Source of the DNA: Candidatus Parvarchaeota archaeon
GTDB taxonomy: Archaea; Nanobdellota; Nanobdellia; JAFCGN01; DAOVEB01
Length of the DNA stretch: 24,000 nucleotides
Direction: 5' to 3'
Assembly: GCA_030669205.1 (NCBI GenBank)
Contig: DAOVEB010000002.1
Location: 1-24,000 of the forward strand
Shown here: positions 8,475-18,117 of the stretch, piece by piece
How positions within the stretch are numbered: position 1 is the first letter of the stretch
Layout: each line of letters begins with the position of its first letter
Position numbers and translations under genes: made by a program
Notes under the pieces: model-generated
Databases searched by the model: none
The model's input: the letters and a program-made list of their open reading frames with translations, nothing else
Told to the model about the DNA's origin: nothing

Positions 8475-11400
8475 CTATCCACCACCTGTTGTGAGCGTTG
8501 GCTCGAACTGGACATCAACCGGCGGGCAGTCCGCAGGGCAGGTGTAGCAGCGCTCGTTGTCTTGGCATATCCAGTCGCCGCAGGTTGTTGCAGCCAGCGA
8601 GCTCTGCCTCTCCTCCACGTATATCGGCACAGGCTGCCTTATGTAGGGGTTGACAATGATGTCAAATTGGACCTCCCAGGACATGGGCATCATGTACGGG
8701 TTGAAGTACCTTGTGTTCAGATGTTTGTAACTTCCACTGTCCACCATGCAGTTGATGACGTAGCCCTGCCTATCAAGGTTGAGCATGATGTCCTTCTCAT
8801 CCTTGTCCATGACGCAGGAGAAGTCGTTGTTGCTTATTCCACATGTGAAAGGTTCGACAAGCCGCGCCTCGCCACCCATTGAGTTCCTCAACGTTATATC
8901 CGGTGAGTCGATGTCAGCCTCCTCCTCAACGGTCGAGAATCTCAAGAGGTGAGAGCCGGTTCTCTGGATGCCAAGTGAGATTTCAAGTTCTCCGCGCTCC
9001 ATTCCAGTTCCGCAGGTGGTTCCAAAGACGTTCTCATAACCCTCCGAATAACCTTCGCAGTTGGAAGTGGTCCCTGAGTGGAGCCATGTCGATGCGTAGT
9101 ACTGCATCGAGCCGTTGTTGTTTATACCTGCAGATTCACACCTGTACCTATCTGGTGTGCAGAACGATATGGTTTCATAGTCCAGAATGTAGTCGTCGCT
9201 GGGTAACATGTCCAGGGAGTCAGGTAACTGGCTGTATATCTCCCTGTGGGATGTCCAGAGGTCAGAGAGGTACGCGTCTGAGACGACGGTGGGCCTGATG
9301 TCCAGGCTATAGCTGAACTTGGATGAGACATTGTAGAAGACACCGAACAAATTGGCCCAGACCGCTCCGTCGCCTGAAACCTGCCCGCTGTCGCCGTCAG
9401 TGCTGTAGCTTCCAGCAGACAAACCCGAGCTGTAGACTGTCAGGGGTGTTGCTGGATACGCAGACTGGAAGATAGTGTGTTCAACTGGTGGCTGGTTTGA
9501 GGGGTACGTATCCAAGAGGTGGAAGTTCTCGAACAGGGCAGGAATGTCCTTGTAGACGCATATCTCCCTCTCGACTGTCTGGTACCTTGAACCAGGCACT
9601 GATGGACACTCGCTTTGATCCAACAGATAGACTGAGCAGTCCACAAAGTACGGGGCAGACGAGTTATACCTGATGCTCATGCACTTCTTCAACGGCCCGT
9701 CCACCGTGAACTCCACCTCCTGGTTCTCAGACTCTGTGTCGTCCCACATGATGCCCTTTCCAACCCAGCCCGTGCCATTTGGGGAGGTGTCAGGCACCAC
9801 TGTCAGGTTGCTTATGCACGGCCCCCTATCCCAGCAGCTGAGGGAGTATGTCGCATTGACCAGAGTGTTCTCAATCACATATCTGCTGTTGTCCCCCAGC
9901 ATCGAACCCCATGACGTCTCATAGGAGATTTCAGGGAAGCCTGTGCCGTAGTAGACGTCCACAGACGTAGTTGAGGTGTCGGGTACTATCACTATCTTGC
10001 ACTGGGAGTCGCCTGATGAGAGAACCTGGTGCGGGATGGCTTCCAAGCCGTTGTAAACCACTATGCTCGCGCAGTCCGGTGCCAACACTGTTATCTCCCG
10101 CGGGATTCTCACGGATGAATGGACGTTGCAGGTGTCCCTTCCGACAAATGTTCCAGTTGAGACCGTATCAACAATAATGATTGGGTCGTTGGTTATGTAT
10201 GTTTTATCGGTTTCATTATCATAATAGACGTCCAAAACCGTGCCAAGTATCAGTGGATTCAGATTCCTATCTGTATTGACGTCTGGGTCCTCCGCATAAA
10301 ACTCAAGAAGGAACTGTTTGAAGTTGGGCGCGTCTGCGGTCTCTCCAAAGTTGTTCTCAAAGCTACCTCTCGCACCGAGGGTTACTTCACCACCTATAAC
10401 AGAATAAACTGTGTCATATTCGTTCAGGATTCCACAGCCAGGAGAATTTGCGCATTCATACTCTATAACCTTAAGATAACCATCGAACAGATTTCCCTCG
10501 TCCCTTATCTCAAGTATTGGTGAGACCGAAAGACTAGTTGTCTCGCAGTCTGCGGTGCAGTTTATCTTCCACAACACGTCAATGTCCATTGCAGACGCGA
10601 AGTTGTCGCTGTCGTCGAAAACAAAGACGCTCGCGCTGTTCAGGTCTTCAAGTTCGTCTAGGGTGAAGGTCACGATGCCATCACCATTGGTCTCATCATC
10701 TTTTGTGTGCGACTCAGTCAGCACGCACTCGCAACCCTGGAGGATATGACCAGAACCACATGCTGGGGCCTCTGTAATCAAACAGTTACACGTGCCTGTT
10801 ACGAACTGGCCGCTGGGACATACGGGCTCGGAACTGTCTGAGCACACGCCGCCTGTGCAGGTCGCAGGAGGCTCGCAACGCGCGCTGGACGTTGTCCCAC
10901 ACTCGCACGTTCCGGTGTTGAGAGTGTATCCAGAGTCGCAGGTTGGTGGTGTTCCGGGTGCGGTGGAAGTGTAATGGAGCTTCACTGTGGCTCCGGAAAC
11001 CGGGACAGTGCCGCCTATCTTCCTTACGACCGCTCTTGTGACGTCGTAATCCTTGCCGATATTTATGTGAGTTATACCGTCTGCGTCCGTTATGTTTGAC
11101 GTCACGTTCACAATCCCTTGGCACGCGCATCCAGAGAGCTGGTAGCCAAAGGAGCAGTTGGGGGTCACAGGAAAACCATCACTTAGACACTGCATACCAC
11201 TGCTGTTCACACATCTCCCAATCTCATCTTCTACATAACAGACACCAGCGAATCCATCGGTATCACATTCACCGCAGGTCGCGTCTTCCGGTTCGGTCAA
11301 GCTGAACAGCATCAAGGTATAGTCGCTGAGTCTCTGGCCAGCAGGGCCCAAGAGTACGGCTTCGTACGGGTCTTCAGAGGCAGCGACCAGACCCATGTCC

Positions 11401-14400
11401 AAGGTACCGTCAACTTCAAACTGGTACAACGTTCCGTCAAAGTTCATCGTCACGTTGAACAGTGGCGGCGAATAGGCCTGCCTCTCGAGAAGTTTGAGTG
11501 TGAGCGGCTCCTCTGTCGTGTCCATCTCAAATATGTAGTCGCTTGAAAGGGTTGTAGACTCACACACTGGTTCAGAGTTGACATCTGGCTGGGAGGTCAT
11601 GAAACTCAAGACATCGGCTCCGTGCGCAGAGATGACTGCTGAGAAGGAATCGTTGAACGTTGAGGATATGGCCGTCTCCCCGCGGACCAGGTTGAGGTTC
11701 GCGTCCAATGTTATTCCATACGCCCTTGGCAGGAAATAAAATCCTGTCCAGGAGTTTATCTTGTGGAGCGAAGGGTAGAAGTTCTGCACAGCGTCCGTTG
11801 GCTGGGACTGGCCCGTGCTGGTCCACACCACGTCAAATGAATCAGAGTCAAGCCTGGACGCAAAGCAATAGAGACAATCCGTACACGTGAGCGTCTCCAC
11901 CTGCTCGCATACTAGCATTGAGCCGTCGCAGCCAAGAGCTGTGTATCCATCATCACATCCCTTGGAGCCAGACGGTATTATATCACACTGGACTGGTGAG
12001 GTGCCGCAGACACCGTCAAAGTCTTCGCAGTCTATCCTGTACGAAGCATTTGGTGAGAGGGTGCCTGTGAAGTCTATCTCCGAGTCGCTGGCTATGCTAC
12101 TGACGTATGGCACACAGTCGCACCCACTTTTGTAGTAACCTGCGGCACAGGAGATGGTGTAGGTCCTCTCGCACTCGCAGCTTGACGGGTTGAACGTGTA
12201 GCTGCTTGGGCACTGGCCGTCGCCTGATGGGGGGACCGCACTGAACGGAGCTATTGCAAAGGGTGTATAGAAGAAACCACCGCTTGGCACGCAGTTGCCA
12301 TAGCCGTCGCAGGTCTCGTCAGAGCCGCAGAGTGAGTAGGAAGTGTAGCAGCTGTCGCAGGTGCAGTCGCCGCTGCATCGGTCGCAGAGCGAGTACTGCT
12401 CAATCTCAGTAACAACACGCCAGGTGTGAACTTCAGTGAACTCCATGTCATATACCAAGACATTGTCAAAGTTGCCGTTGAAGTCGAAGCGCGTGAGGTA
12501 GTCGTATGGTTTGGCTGGAGCTGGGGGTTGTGTGAGTGAGGTTCCGATGTCATAGAAGTAGAGTTCGATTGTCCTGTCCCATTCGCTCGCCGGCATTGAG
12601 AGGGTGAAGGTTACGTTCTCTCCAGGCGTCAATATACCATCCCAGACCGGTTCTGTGTCAGATTCGAAAACCTTCTCCATGTTTGCTGTCCTAGCAACGG
12701 CATTGGTTTTCCCAGACCAGAACCCAAGGAGTTTTCCACCACCAAACGGAGCCAGTTGGGTAGTGCCATCCAACCACTCTATTGTACCACCAGTATTAGT
12801 TACACAAGAGATGACTCCACGGTCAACTATGCTACAAATGGCATCATTAGATACGCTCGTCAGGTCGGTAAACTTGCTGGCACCAACATCCATATCAATG
12901 TCCAGTCCTCCATGGGTCACCATAACAAATGGGTCGTCTATATCTTCAGTTCCCGTGTTCTCAACAACCACCTCAATCATCACCCTGTCACTGTCATTGT
13001 TGAAGCCGACGTTTCCGCCCCTGTCCGAACAATCCGAGGATGTGGTATACCTCGTGTTTGAGTTGCAGTCATGGTACTGCTTGTAATTCCCGGCAGAGTT
13101 GAACACTCCGACTTCGGTTATGCGGGCCTCGATGTAGCCGGTGGTTGACCAGCCGTATGGGTCACAATCGGCACCAGTAAGTAACCCTCTATTCAAATTG
13201 CTACAGTAACCATTTCTACAGTCCGCATAATGTTGCCCATCATAGTCCAAAGAAGCGTCGCAGGTGCAGATTTCCTCGTCGGCGTAGTAGACCTTGTCCG
13301 TCATGAACGGGACATTATATGGATTGCCGCATGTCTCGCCGTATATACAGATGTTTTTCATGTATTCTTCCAACTCTGCGATACAAATATCCGATGCATG
13401 ATATGGTTGATAATAGACTTGGTGGAGGTAGCTAGGGCTATAATACTCATCGGCCCTAGGACAGGAATGTTCCATTATATCCAAAAACTCATCATAAGAA
13501 GCCATTGGTGAGATTGTAGAACCATCATTGGCTTCACAGTACGGCTCACAATTTGGGCACATGCAGTACATTCCAGCAGCAATGGAATCCCACCTGCATC
13601 TTGTGTAGTCATAAGGCGGAATGTCACAAATGCTATCCAAGCAACCCGGTTGCACCAATGGAACAGGGAAATATATGTAATCATCATCGCTGCAGGAGTA
13701 TTCAAGACTGTAGTATGCACCTGGCAAGTCCTGATATGTAAACCTGCTAGGAAGTCTTGAAATATCGTGTGACCCGTCTCCTGTTGTCATGGAAGGTCCA
13801 CTTGGATTCATAGTAAGCTCAATCGGGTCTATATCACCAATATCAGCAGATACCGGCATCTGAGTACCTATCTTCATCTCCTGTGCGTTCTGGTCATAAT
13901 AGTCCATAATCCAGCCACTATGTGAAAAATAAAATAGTGTACCATCATGTTTCACAGCAACTGCCCCACAATCAAGGTTGTTGGTGCAAAAATCATACTG
14001 TTCATCTGTGCCGTCCTCATCTAAATCCAATTCAGCGTATCCCAAACAAACATCACTGGAAGTCGGCTTTGTGCCACTTGGTCCAGTCATGTCGCAGACA
14101 ACATTCTGGAAAGTAGCTAAATCAGGTCCAGATGCAATTGAATTTTTCTTCACAGGGAACTGGTAATCAAAGCTGTAATCCGCGCTGCTCCTGCCGCAGG
14201 ACCACGCAGTGTACGCAGGACTGTACTCACAACTGTAGCAAGTGCCACCGTCTGCACAGCCGGAATACAGGAAATCTACAGAATGATCGCCATCCACTAC
14301 CAAGAGGTTGTTAGGACTATATGCAGTAGAACCACAGTAATATGGTGTCACTGGTGTCTCTGGTGTAGTTTCAGTTGCTCTGCAATGCTCATCACACTGA

Positions 14401-14822
14401 GTAGTTGGGGACCCTCCCTGAAATACACATTGCCCATCCATACATCCAGCACCGCTGCAGAGCTCCTGATCCAAACACCAGCAGTTTACATAGATGCCTG
14501 TATAGGTTTGAGAAGCAGGGCATCCTGGTATACCCAAACCAGCACAACTTGGAACAAAGCTGTATTCGCATCCTTGATTAAGGTCTGTCCACTGGTCGGC
14601 TGTGGTGTATGTCACCTGGTCTATACATCCGCTAATTGGCAGACCGGTGCCTTCTCTGAAGCAGTAACCTGTACCTGATGGGCACAGATTTGTACACGCA
14701 TCACACTGAACATAGCTAAGGACCGAGACATATTCTCCGCAGTCAACCTGGGAGTATACCCCCTTAATTAACAGTAGACCTAAGGACAAGAGACATACTA
14801 TGAACAAAACTCTCTTGTTCAT
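8475..14822 (-). CDS. Giant secreted Cys-rich surface protein (2115 aa), candidate adhesin or surface-apparatus subunit
   Basis: Uninterrupted 2115-codon ORF. Signal-peptide-like MNKRVLFIVCLLSLGLLLIKGVYS, repeated CPSGxxxxxGxCxC modules, beta-rich domains, and a C-terminal CGDWICQDNERCYTCPADCPP module. SD-like GGGGAGGAG upstream; its stop directly abuts the next ATG (TAGATG). Confidence 0.9.
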   Translation of the reverse strand: MNKRVLFIVCLLSLGLLLIKGVYSQVDCGEYVSVLSYVQCDACTNLCPSGTGYCFREGTGLPISGCIDQVTYTTADQWTDLNQGCEYSFVPSCAGLGIPGCPASQTYTGIYVNCWCLDQELCSGAGCMDGQCVFQGGSPTTQCDEHCRATETTPETPVTPYYCGSTAYSPNNLLVVDGDHSVDFLYSGCADGGTCYSCEYSPAYTAWSCGRSSADYSFDYQFPVKKNSIASGPDLATFQNVVCDMTGPSGTKPTSSDVCLGYAELDLDEDGTDEQYDFCTNNLDCGAVAVKHDGTLFYFSHSGWIMDYYDQNAQEMKIGTQMPVSADIGDIDPIELTMNPSGPSMTTGDGSHDISRLPSRFTYQDLPGAYYSLEYSCSDDDYIYFPVPLVQPGCLDSICDIPPYDYTRCRWDSIAAGMYCMCPNCEPYCEANDGSTISPMASYDEFLDIMEHSCPRADEYYSPSYLHQVYYQPYHASDICIAELEEYMKNICIYGETCGNPYNVPFMTDKVYYADEEICTCDASLDYDGQHYADCRNGYCSNLNRGLLTGADCDPYGWSTTGYIEARITEVGVFNSAGNYKQYHDCNSNTRYTTSSDCSDRGGNVGFNNDSDRVMIEVVVENTGTEDIDDPFVMVTHGGLDIDMDVGASKFTDLTSVSNDAICSIVDRGVISCVTNTGGTIEWLDGTTQLAPFGGGKLLGFWSGKTNAVARTANMEKVFESDTEPVWDGILTPGENVTFTLSMPASEWDRTIELYFYDIGTSLTQPPAPAKPYDYLTRFDFNGNFDNVLVYDMEFTEVHTWRVVTEIEQYSLCDRCSGDCTCDSCYTSYSLCGSDETCDGYGNCVPSGGFFYTPFAIAPFSAVPPSGDGQCPSSYTFNPSSCECERTYTISCAAGYYKSGCDCVPYVSSIASDSEIDFTGTLSPNASYRIDCEDFDGVCGTSPVQCDIIPSGSKGCDDGYTALGCDGSMLVCEQVETLTCTDCLYCFASRLDSDSFDVVWTSTGQSQPTDAVQNFYPSLHKINSWTGFYFLPRAYGITLDANLNLVRGETAISSTFNDSFSAVISAHGADVLSFMTSQPDVNSEPVCESTTLSSDYIFEMDTTEEPLTLKLLERQAYSPPLFNVTMNFDGTLYQFEVDGTLDMGLVAASEDPYEAVLLGPAGQRLSDYTLMLFSLTEPEDATCGECDTDGFAGVCYVEDEIGRCVNSSGMQCLSDGFPVTPNCSFGYQLSGCACQGIVNVTSNITDADGITHINIGKDYDVTRAVVRKIGGTVPVSGATVKLHYTSTAPGTPPTCDSGYTLNTGTCECGTTSSARCEPPATCTGGVCSDSSEPVCPSGQFVTGTCNCLITEAPACGSGHILQGCECVLTESHTKDDETNGDGIVTFTLDELEDLNSASVFVFDDSDNFASAMDIDVLWKINCTADCETTSLSVSPILEIRDEGNLFDGYLKVIEYECANSPGCGILNEYDTVYSVIGGEVTLGARGSFENNFGETADAPNFKQFLLEFYAEDPDVNTDRNLNPLILGTVLDVYYDNETDKTYITNDPIIIVDTVSTGTFVGRDTCNVHSSVRIPREITVLAPDCASIVVYNGLEAIPHQVLSSGDSQCKIVIVPDTSTTSVDVYYGTGFPEISYETSWGSMLGDNSRYVIENTLVNATYSLSCWDRGPCISNLTVVPDTSPNGTGWVGKGIMWDDTESENQEVEFTVDGPLKKCMSIRYNSSAPYFVDCSVYLLDQSECPSVPGSRYQTVEREICVYKDIPALFENFHLLDTYPSNQPPVEHTIFQSAYPATPLTVYSSGLSAGSYSTDGDSGQVSGDGAVWANLFGVFYNVSSKFSYSLDIRPTVVSDAYLSDLWTSHREIYSQLPDSLDMLPSDDYILDYETISFCTPDRYRCESAGINNNGSMQYYASTWLHSGTTSNCEGYSEGYENVFGTTCGTGMERGELEISLGIQRTGSHLLRFSTVEEEADIDSPDITLRNSMGGEARLVEPFTCGISNNDFSCVMDKDEKDIMLNLDRQGYVINCMVDSGSYKHLNTRYFNPYMMPMSWEVQFDIIVNPYIRQPVPIYVEERQSSLAATTCGDWICQDNERCYTCPADCPPVDVQFEPTLTTGGG
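8520..8582 (-). other. C-terminal CGDxxCxxxExxxxCPxDCPP module (2115-aa protein)
   Basis: Encoded CGDWICQDNERCYTCPADCPP. The same spacing occurs in the 821-aa protein at 19146-19208. Confidence 0.75.
10710..12290 (-). repeat. Dispersed short Cys modules of the CxxGx(4-8)CxC type (2115-aa protein)
   Basis: Encoded CPSGYTLNTGTCEC, CPSGQFVTGTCNC, CGSGHILQGCEC, CSFGYQLSGCAC, CPSSYTFNPSSCEC and CAAGYYKSGCDC. Confidence 0.65.
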
Positions 14823-14887
14823 TCCATCATCTCCTCCCCGCTTCCACGGACAGAATTACAGACCGTTAAAAGAACTTTTCTGTTCAT
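14819..14887 (-). CDS. Mini-ORF (22 aa) bridging the 937-aa and 2115-aa genes
   Basis: Encoded MNRKVLLTVCNSVRGSGEEMME. Its ATG overlaps the 937-aa gene stop (ATGA, 14884-14887) and its TGA overlaps the 2115-aa gene ATG (ATGA, 14819-14822). Possible coupling device or remnant start. Confidence 0.35.
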   Translation of the reverse strand: MNRKVLLTVCNSVRGSGEEMME

Positions 14888-17697
14888 GGTATCTCCTCCA
14901 TCTTGCCGTATGGTCCGTAGGCAGGCGCGCATTCCTCCTTAACGATGATATCCCTGGTTTTGAGGTTTTCAGATTCGTCATAGTAGTAGCACTCGTAGGT
15001 CTGCAGAGTGTCTGGCTGGTACTTCACACATATGCCAGGTGTGATGAGCCTGCAGCAGGGCGAAATTATCCTGCCGTTGATGTCCCTGATAGTCTCGTCA
15101 TGGGTTGGCAGGCAGCAGAAGTTGTTCGCGTTGCACACCATCTGTATGTCGTTGACGCCTATCCTCACAACATTGCAGTCGCATGCCTCGTCATCGGTTC
15201 CAGACAGGCATATCGAACCTATTTCATTCAGGTTTTTACATATCTCGCAACTGTACGGAGACGTGACCTCAAAGGTGCTGTTCTCTGCAAAGAGGAGCTG
15301 TATTGGGAGGCCAGCAGCCTGCGCCCTACCTGTCGGGTTAAAGGAGTAGTCGGCCGAATATGTGAGCTGTCGCGACTCGCCTGTGCAGTGGTCGGTCACG
15401 TTGACGTACAGGCTCTTCAGTTTTATCCTCCACGGATAGCCTGTGAGCGCCTCCAGTTTCGCTGGTGAGACCTCCTCGAACTCGCGGAAGAATTCTGCCC
15501 TCAGCGCAGCGTCGAACATGTTCTCGCACTCCTCATTCGGACAGAACGCGCAGTTGAAGACCTCGACGTCGGTCAGGTTGTACTTTGCGCACTCCATGTC
15601 GTCGTATGTGTAGTCCGTGCCTTCCAAGCCCATGTTCCAGATGAGCCTCGTGAGCCAGTCCTGCTTCGGGAGTATGAGGTCTTCGGTTGCGAAGCACTCG
15701 CAATCAGCCTCTCTCACGTCAACTTTGCTCTGGTCAACGGTCCTCAGATTGCAAGCCAGGTCCTTCTTGCAGTAGTAACCTGCTGGATACGTTGTGCTGT
15801 CAATGGTTCTCTCCTCAAAGTGCTCCATGCTGTAACCACTTGGGCAAGTGGCAGTTGGATGGCAGGTGCAGCCATCTGAAACCCCTGTGCAGGAGTTCAG
15901 CTCGCACTGGCAAGTGCCTGAAACTAGGGTCCCAGACGCGCAGTTTGCGTCAGTGGGTGTATAACATGTTATGACATTGCCATCGCACCTCGGAACCTTT
16001 CCACCTGTGCAGAAATCATAGTACAACACATCAATACCATCCAAACATGTCGGAAAACTTGAAATACAGATGTAGTTATAAGTTCCAGGACAGCCACCGA
16101 AGACGTAGGAGTAACTTTCTCTGTAACATTTGCCAGAGTCACATGTTATTCCTAGGCAGGTCGCATCTGTATAGCTGCAACTGTCATAACCTTCAGTCCC
16201 ACAGTAGTACTCCCCATCGCTGTACACGATGTTTTCCGGCTCGCAGTCACTGGGGTCACGCACGCACTTCCCTGAATCACACCGGTCCCCGGAAGAGCAG
16301 GCAGAACCGAGCGTCTCTCCTTCTTTGACGAATACCTGGAGCGTCTTCATGGTGACCGCGTCAAGTATGTAGTCAATCCTGTGTTCAAGCTCGTACTCCT
16401 GCCACCCAATATAGTCTGCGTACTTCCCGGCATACACGCCACTGACATAGTCCTTTGAATAGGAATACAGGTCTGGGAAACCTCCCTTGTAGCCGACCAT
16501 CGAGAGAAGTGAGAGGTAATTGGTGAGGTCGAACCTGCCTGCTGTGATGTTCATGCAGAGCCTCTCCCCCTCGCCCGGTATGAAGGTATACCCTATTTCG
16601 CCTTTGTCCACGTTGATTTCTCCAATTCTGGTGTCAACAAAGTCGAACTTGTCCCTTCTGATGTCATAGTATATCCAGTCCTTGCCGAGCTCCATGACCT
16701 TCCTCACAGCAGGCTCGAGGTAGACGGACCTTCCGGTCAAACTGCCGTACGGGTCGATGAAGACGTGGTACCTTGCTGTGCCAATCTGAATCTCGTCACC
16801 CGAACCCACAGAAGAATCCCTTATGGAAGGTGCCACATCATAGCAGTACTCGTTCGTCTGACCTATGTCAAAGGTATAAGTGGTGTCACCCTCTCCCTTG
16901 TATGAGTAGACCCCAAGATACTTGCCGCCGGCAGCCATGCATCCGGTGAAGTTGTAGCCTGAAACGTCAAACTCGTCAGTTAATGTGAGCTTTGTCCTGT
17001 TCATCGACCTGAGCTCGAGCTGGATGTTTTCTATTGTAACAGTTTCGCCGAGCGCGGATGAGACCATCTCGAGGTTCGGGTCATCGGTCGGGTCGAACTC
17101 AACTGTGCCGTTCAGATAGTAGTAGACGTCATAGGTATGCTTCAGGTACGGCCTCGAGAGCTCGGGGTCGGATATGTATTTGCTGCCGCCTGTCTCCTTG
17201 AAAACGAGATATGTCTCTGACTGCAGAGAGCCGGAAGGTGCGAGGGCGGATGCCCTTGAGAACGGGAAGTAATCGGCGAGGAGCGAGTCAACGGTCTCAA
17301 TCAAATCATTCTCATCAGGTATGCAGAGCTCACCACGGTTCTTCCAGTAACGGACAACGGTTTCGTCGTCAACTGTGGCGAAGAAGTCCGGAACTGGCAG
17401 GAACGGGAGAAAGTCGGCAACATCGATGTAGCGATAGCTTTCGGGAATCAAACACGTGTCCGGGTCCCCACCACCCACAAGACCGGTGAAAAGTATCGCC
17501 CTGTCAAGGGCATAGCGCCTCTCCTGGTCAAAGAGCAGCCTTGCTGATTCGCCGGATGAGATTGTTGTCACGAGCCTGCCCCTTATGTTGGTTGAGCCGC
17601 CGATTGTGGCTGTATAGGAGAATGTGTTCATCAGGGCCCAGAAGGTAGCAACCGCCATCCCGAGTATTATTATGAGGTTTGTCTGTGCACGCTTCAC
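14884..17697 (-). CDS. Membrane-anchored Cys-rich protein with pilin-like N-terminus (937 aa)
   Basis: GTG start at 17697 directly abutting the upstream TAG. N-terminus (V/M)KRAQTNLIIILGMAVATFWALMNTF (basic residues, A|Q, hydrophobic helix) and many Cys (CASGTLVSGTCQCELNSCTGVSDGCTCHPTATCPSGYS). Confidence 0.88.
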   Translation of the reverse strand: MKRAQTNLIIILGMAVATFWALMNTFSYTATIGGSTNIRGRLVTTISSGESARLLFDQERRYALDRAILFTGLVGGGDPDTCLIPESYRYIDVADFLPFLPVPDFFATVDDETVVRYWKNRGELCIPDENDLIETVDSLLADYFPFSRASALAPSGSLQSETYLVFKETGGSKYISDPELSRPYLKHTYDVYYYLNGTVEFDPTDDPNLEMVSSALGETVTIENIQLELRSMNRTKLTLTDEFDVSGYNFTGCMAAGGKYLGVYSYKGEGDTTYTFDIGQTNEYCYDVAPSIRDSSVGSGDEIQIGTARYHVFIDPYGSLTGRSVYLEPAVRKVMELGKDWIYYDIRRDKFDFVDTRIGEINVDKGEIGYTFIPGEGERLCMNITAGRFDLTNYLSLLSMVGYKGGFPDLYSYSKDYVSGVYAGKYADYIGWQEYELEHRIDYILDAVTMKTLQVFVKEGETLGSACSSGDRCDSGKCVRDPSDCEPENIVYSDGEYYCGTEGYDSCSYTDATCLGITCDSGKCYRESYSYVFGGCPGTYNYICISSFPTCLDGIDVLYYDFCTGGKVPRCDGNVITCYTPTDANCASGTLVSGTCQCELNSCTGVSDGCTCHPTATCPSGYSMEHFEERTIDSTTYPAGYYCKKDLACNLRTVDQSKVDVREADCECFATEDLILPKQDWLTRLIWNMGLEGTDYTYDDMECAKYNLTDVEVFNCAFCPNEECENMFDAALRAEFFREFEEVSPAKLEALTGYPWRIKLKSLYVNVTDHCTGESRQLTYSADYSFNPTGRAQAAGLPIQLLFAENSTFEVTSPYSCEICKNLNEIGSICLSGTDDEACDCNVVRIGVNDIQMVCNANNFCCLPTHDETIRDINGRIISPCCRLITPGICVKYQPDTLQTYECYYYDESENLKTRDIIVKEECAPAYGPYGKMEEIP

Positions 17698-18117
17698 CTA
17701 ATCACCCACACTCATATATTTGAACGGTCTCCCTCCTCTGAAAAGCTCATAGGGGTTGAACACCGAGATGGAGCAGTCGCCGGTTATGCTGCCCTCGTAT
17801 ATCTTCTTGTCAGAGTAGTACTGGAGCAAAAACAGCCTGTTTGGGTTCACGTACTCTATGGGAAGTCCCCCATAGTACTCCGAAAGGTCTGCGTAGGAGC
17901 CGATTTCCTGGAATCCCAGCTCATACCTTATGTAGTCGTTCCTGTACAGCGACGTGAGCATTGCGCTGCACTCCTCCATCTTCTCCGTGTTCACAACCTG
18001 GAGGAGTATGGTCTGCTTCGAAGACTCGGCAAAGAGACTATACGTTATTATAAATGCGGAGCTGGAAACTGCCAGAAGTATGATTTCGATGAACGTTATT
18101 GCCCCTTTTCTGTTCAT
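17698..18117 (-). CDS. Type IV pilin/pseudopilin-like protein (139 aa)
   Basis: MNRKGAITFIEIILLAVSSSAFIITYSLF: short basic leader, small residue, then ITFIE hydrophobic helix with Glu at +5 if cleaved after Ala. Start overlaps the upstream stop (TAATG). Confidence 0.75.
   Translation of the reverse strand: MNRKGAITFIEIILLAVSSSAFIITYSLFAESSKQTILLQVVNTEKMEECSAMLTSLYRNDYIRYELGFQEIGSYADLSEYYGGLPIEYVNPNRLFLLQYYSDKKIYEGSITGDCSISVFNPYELFRGGRPFKYMSVGD

Noticed and set aside
10786-12553. Minus-strand ORFs 10786-11130, 11572-11826 and 12251-12553
   Set aside because: Nested out-of-frame ORFs inside the 2115-aa gene.
14800-15468. 222-aa plus-strand ORF
   Set aside because: Antisense to the 937-aa gene; no family resemblance and no upstream signals.
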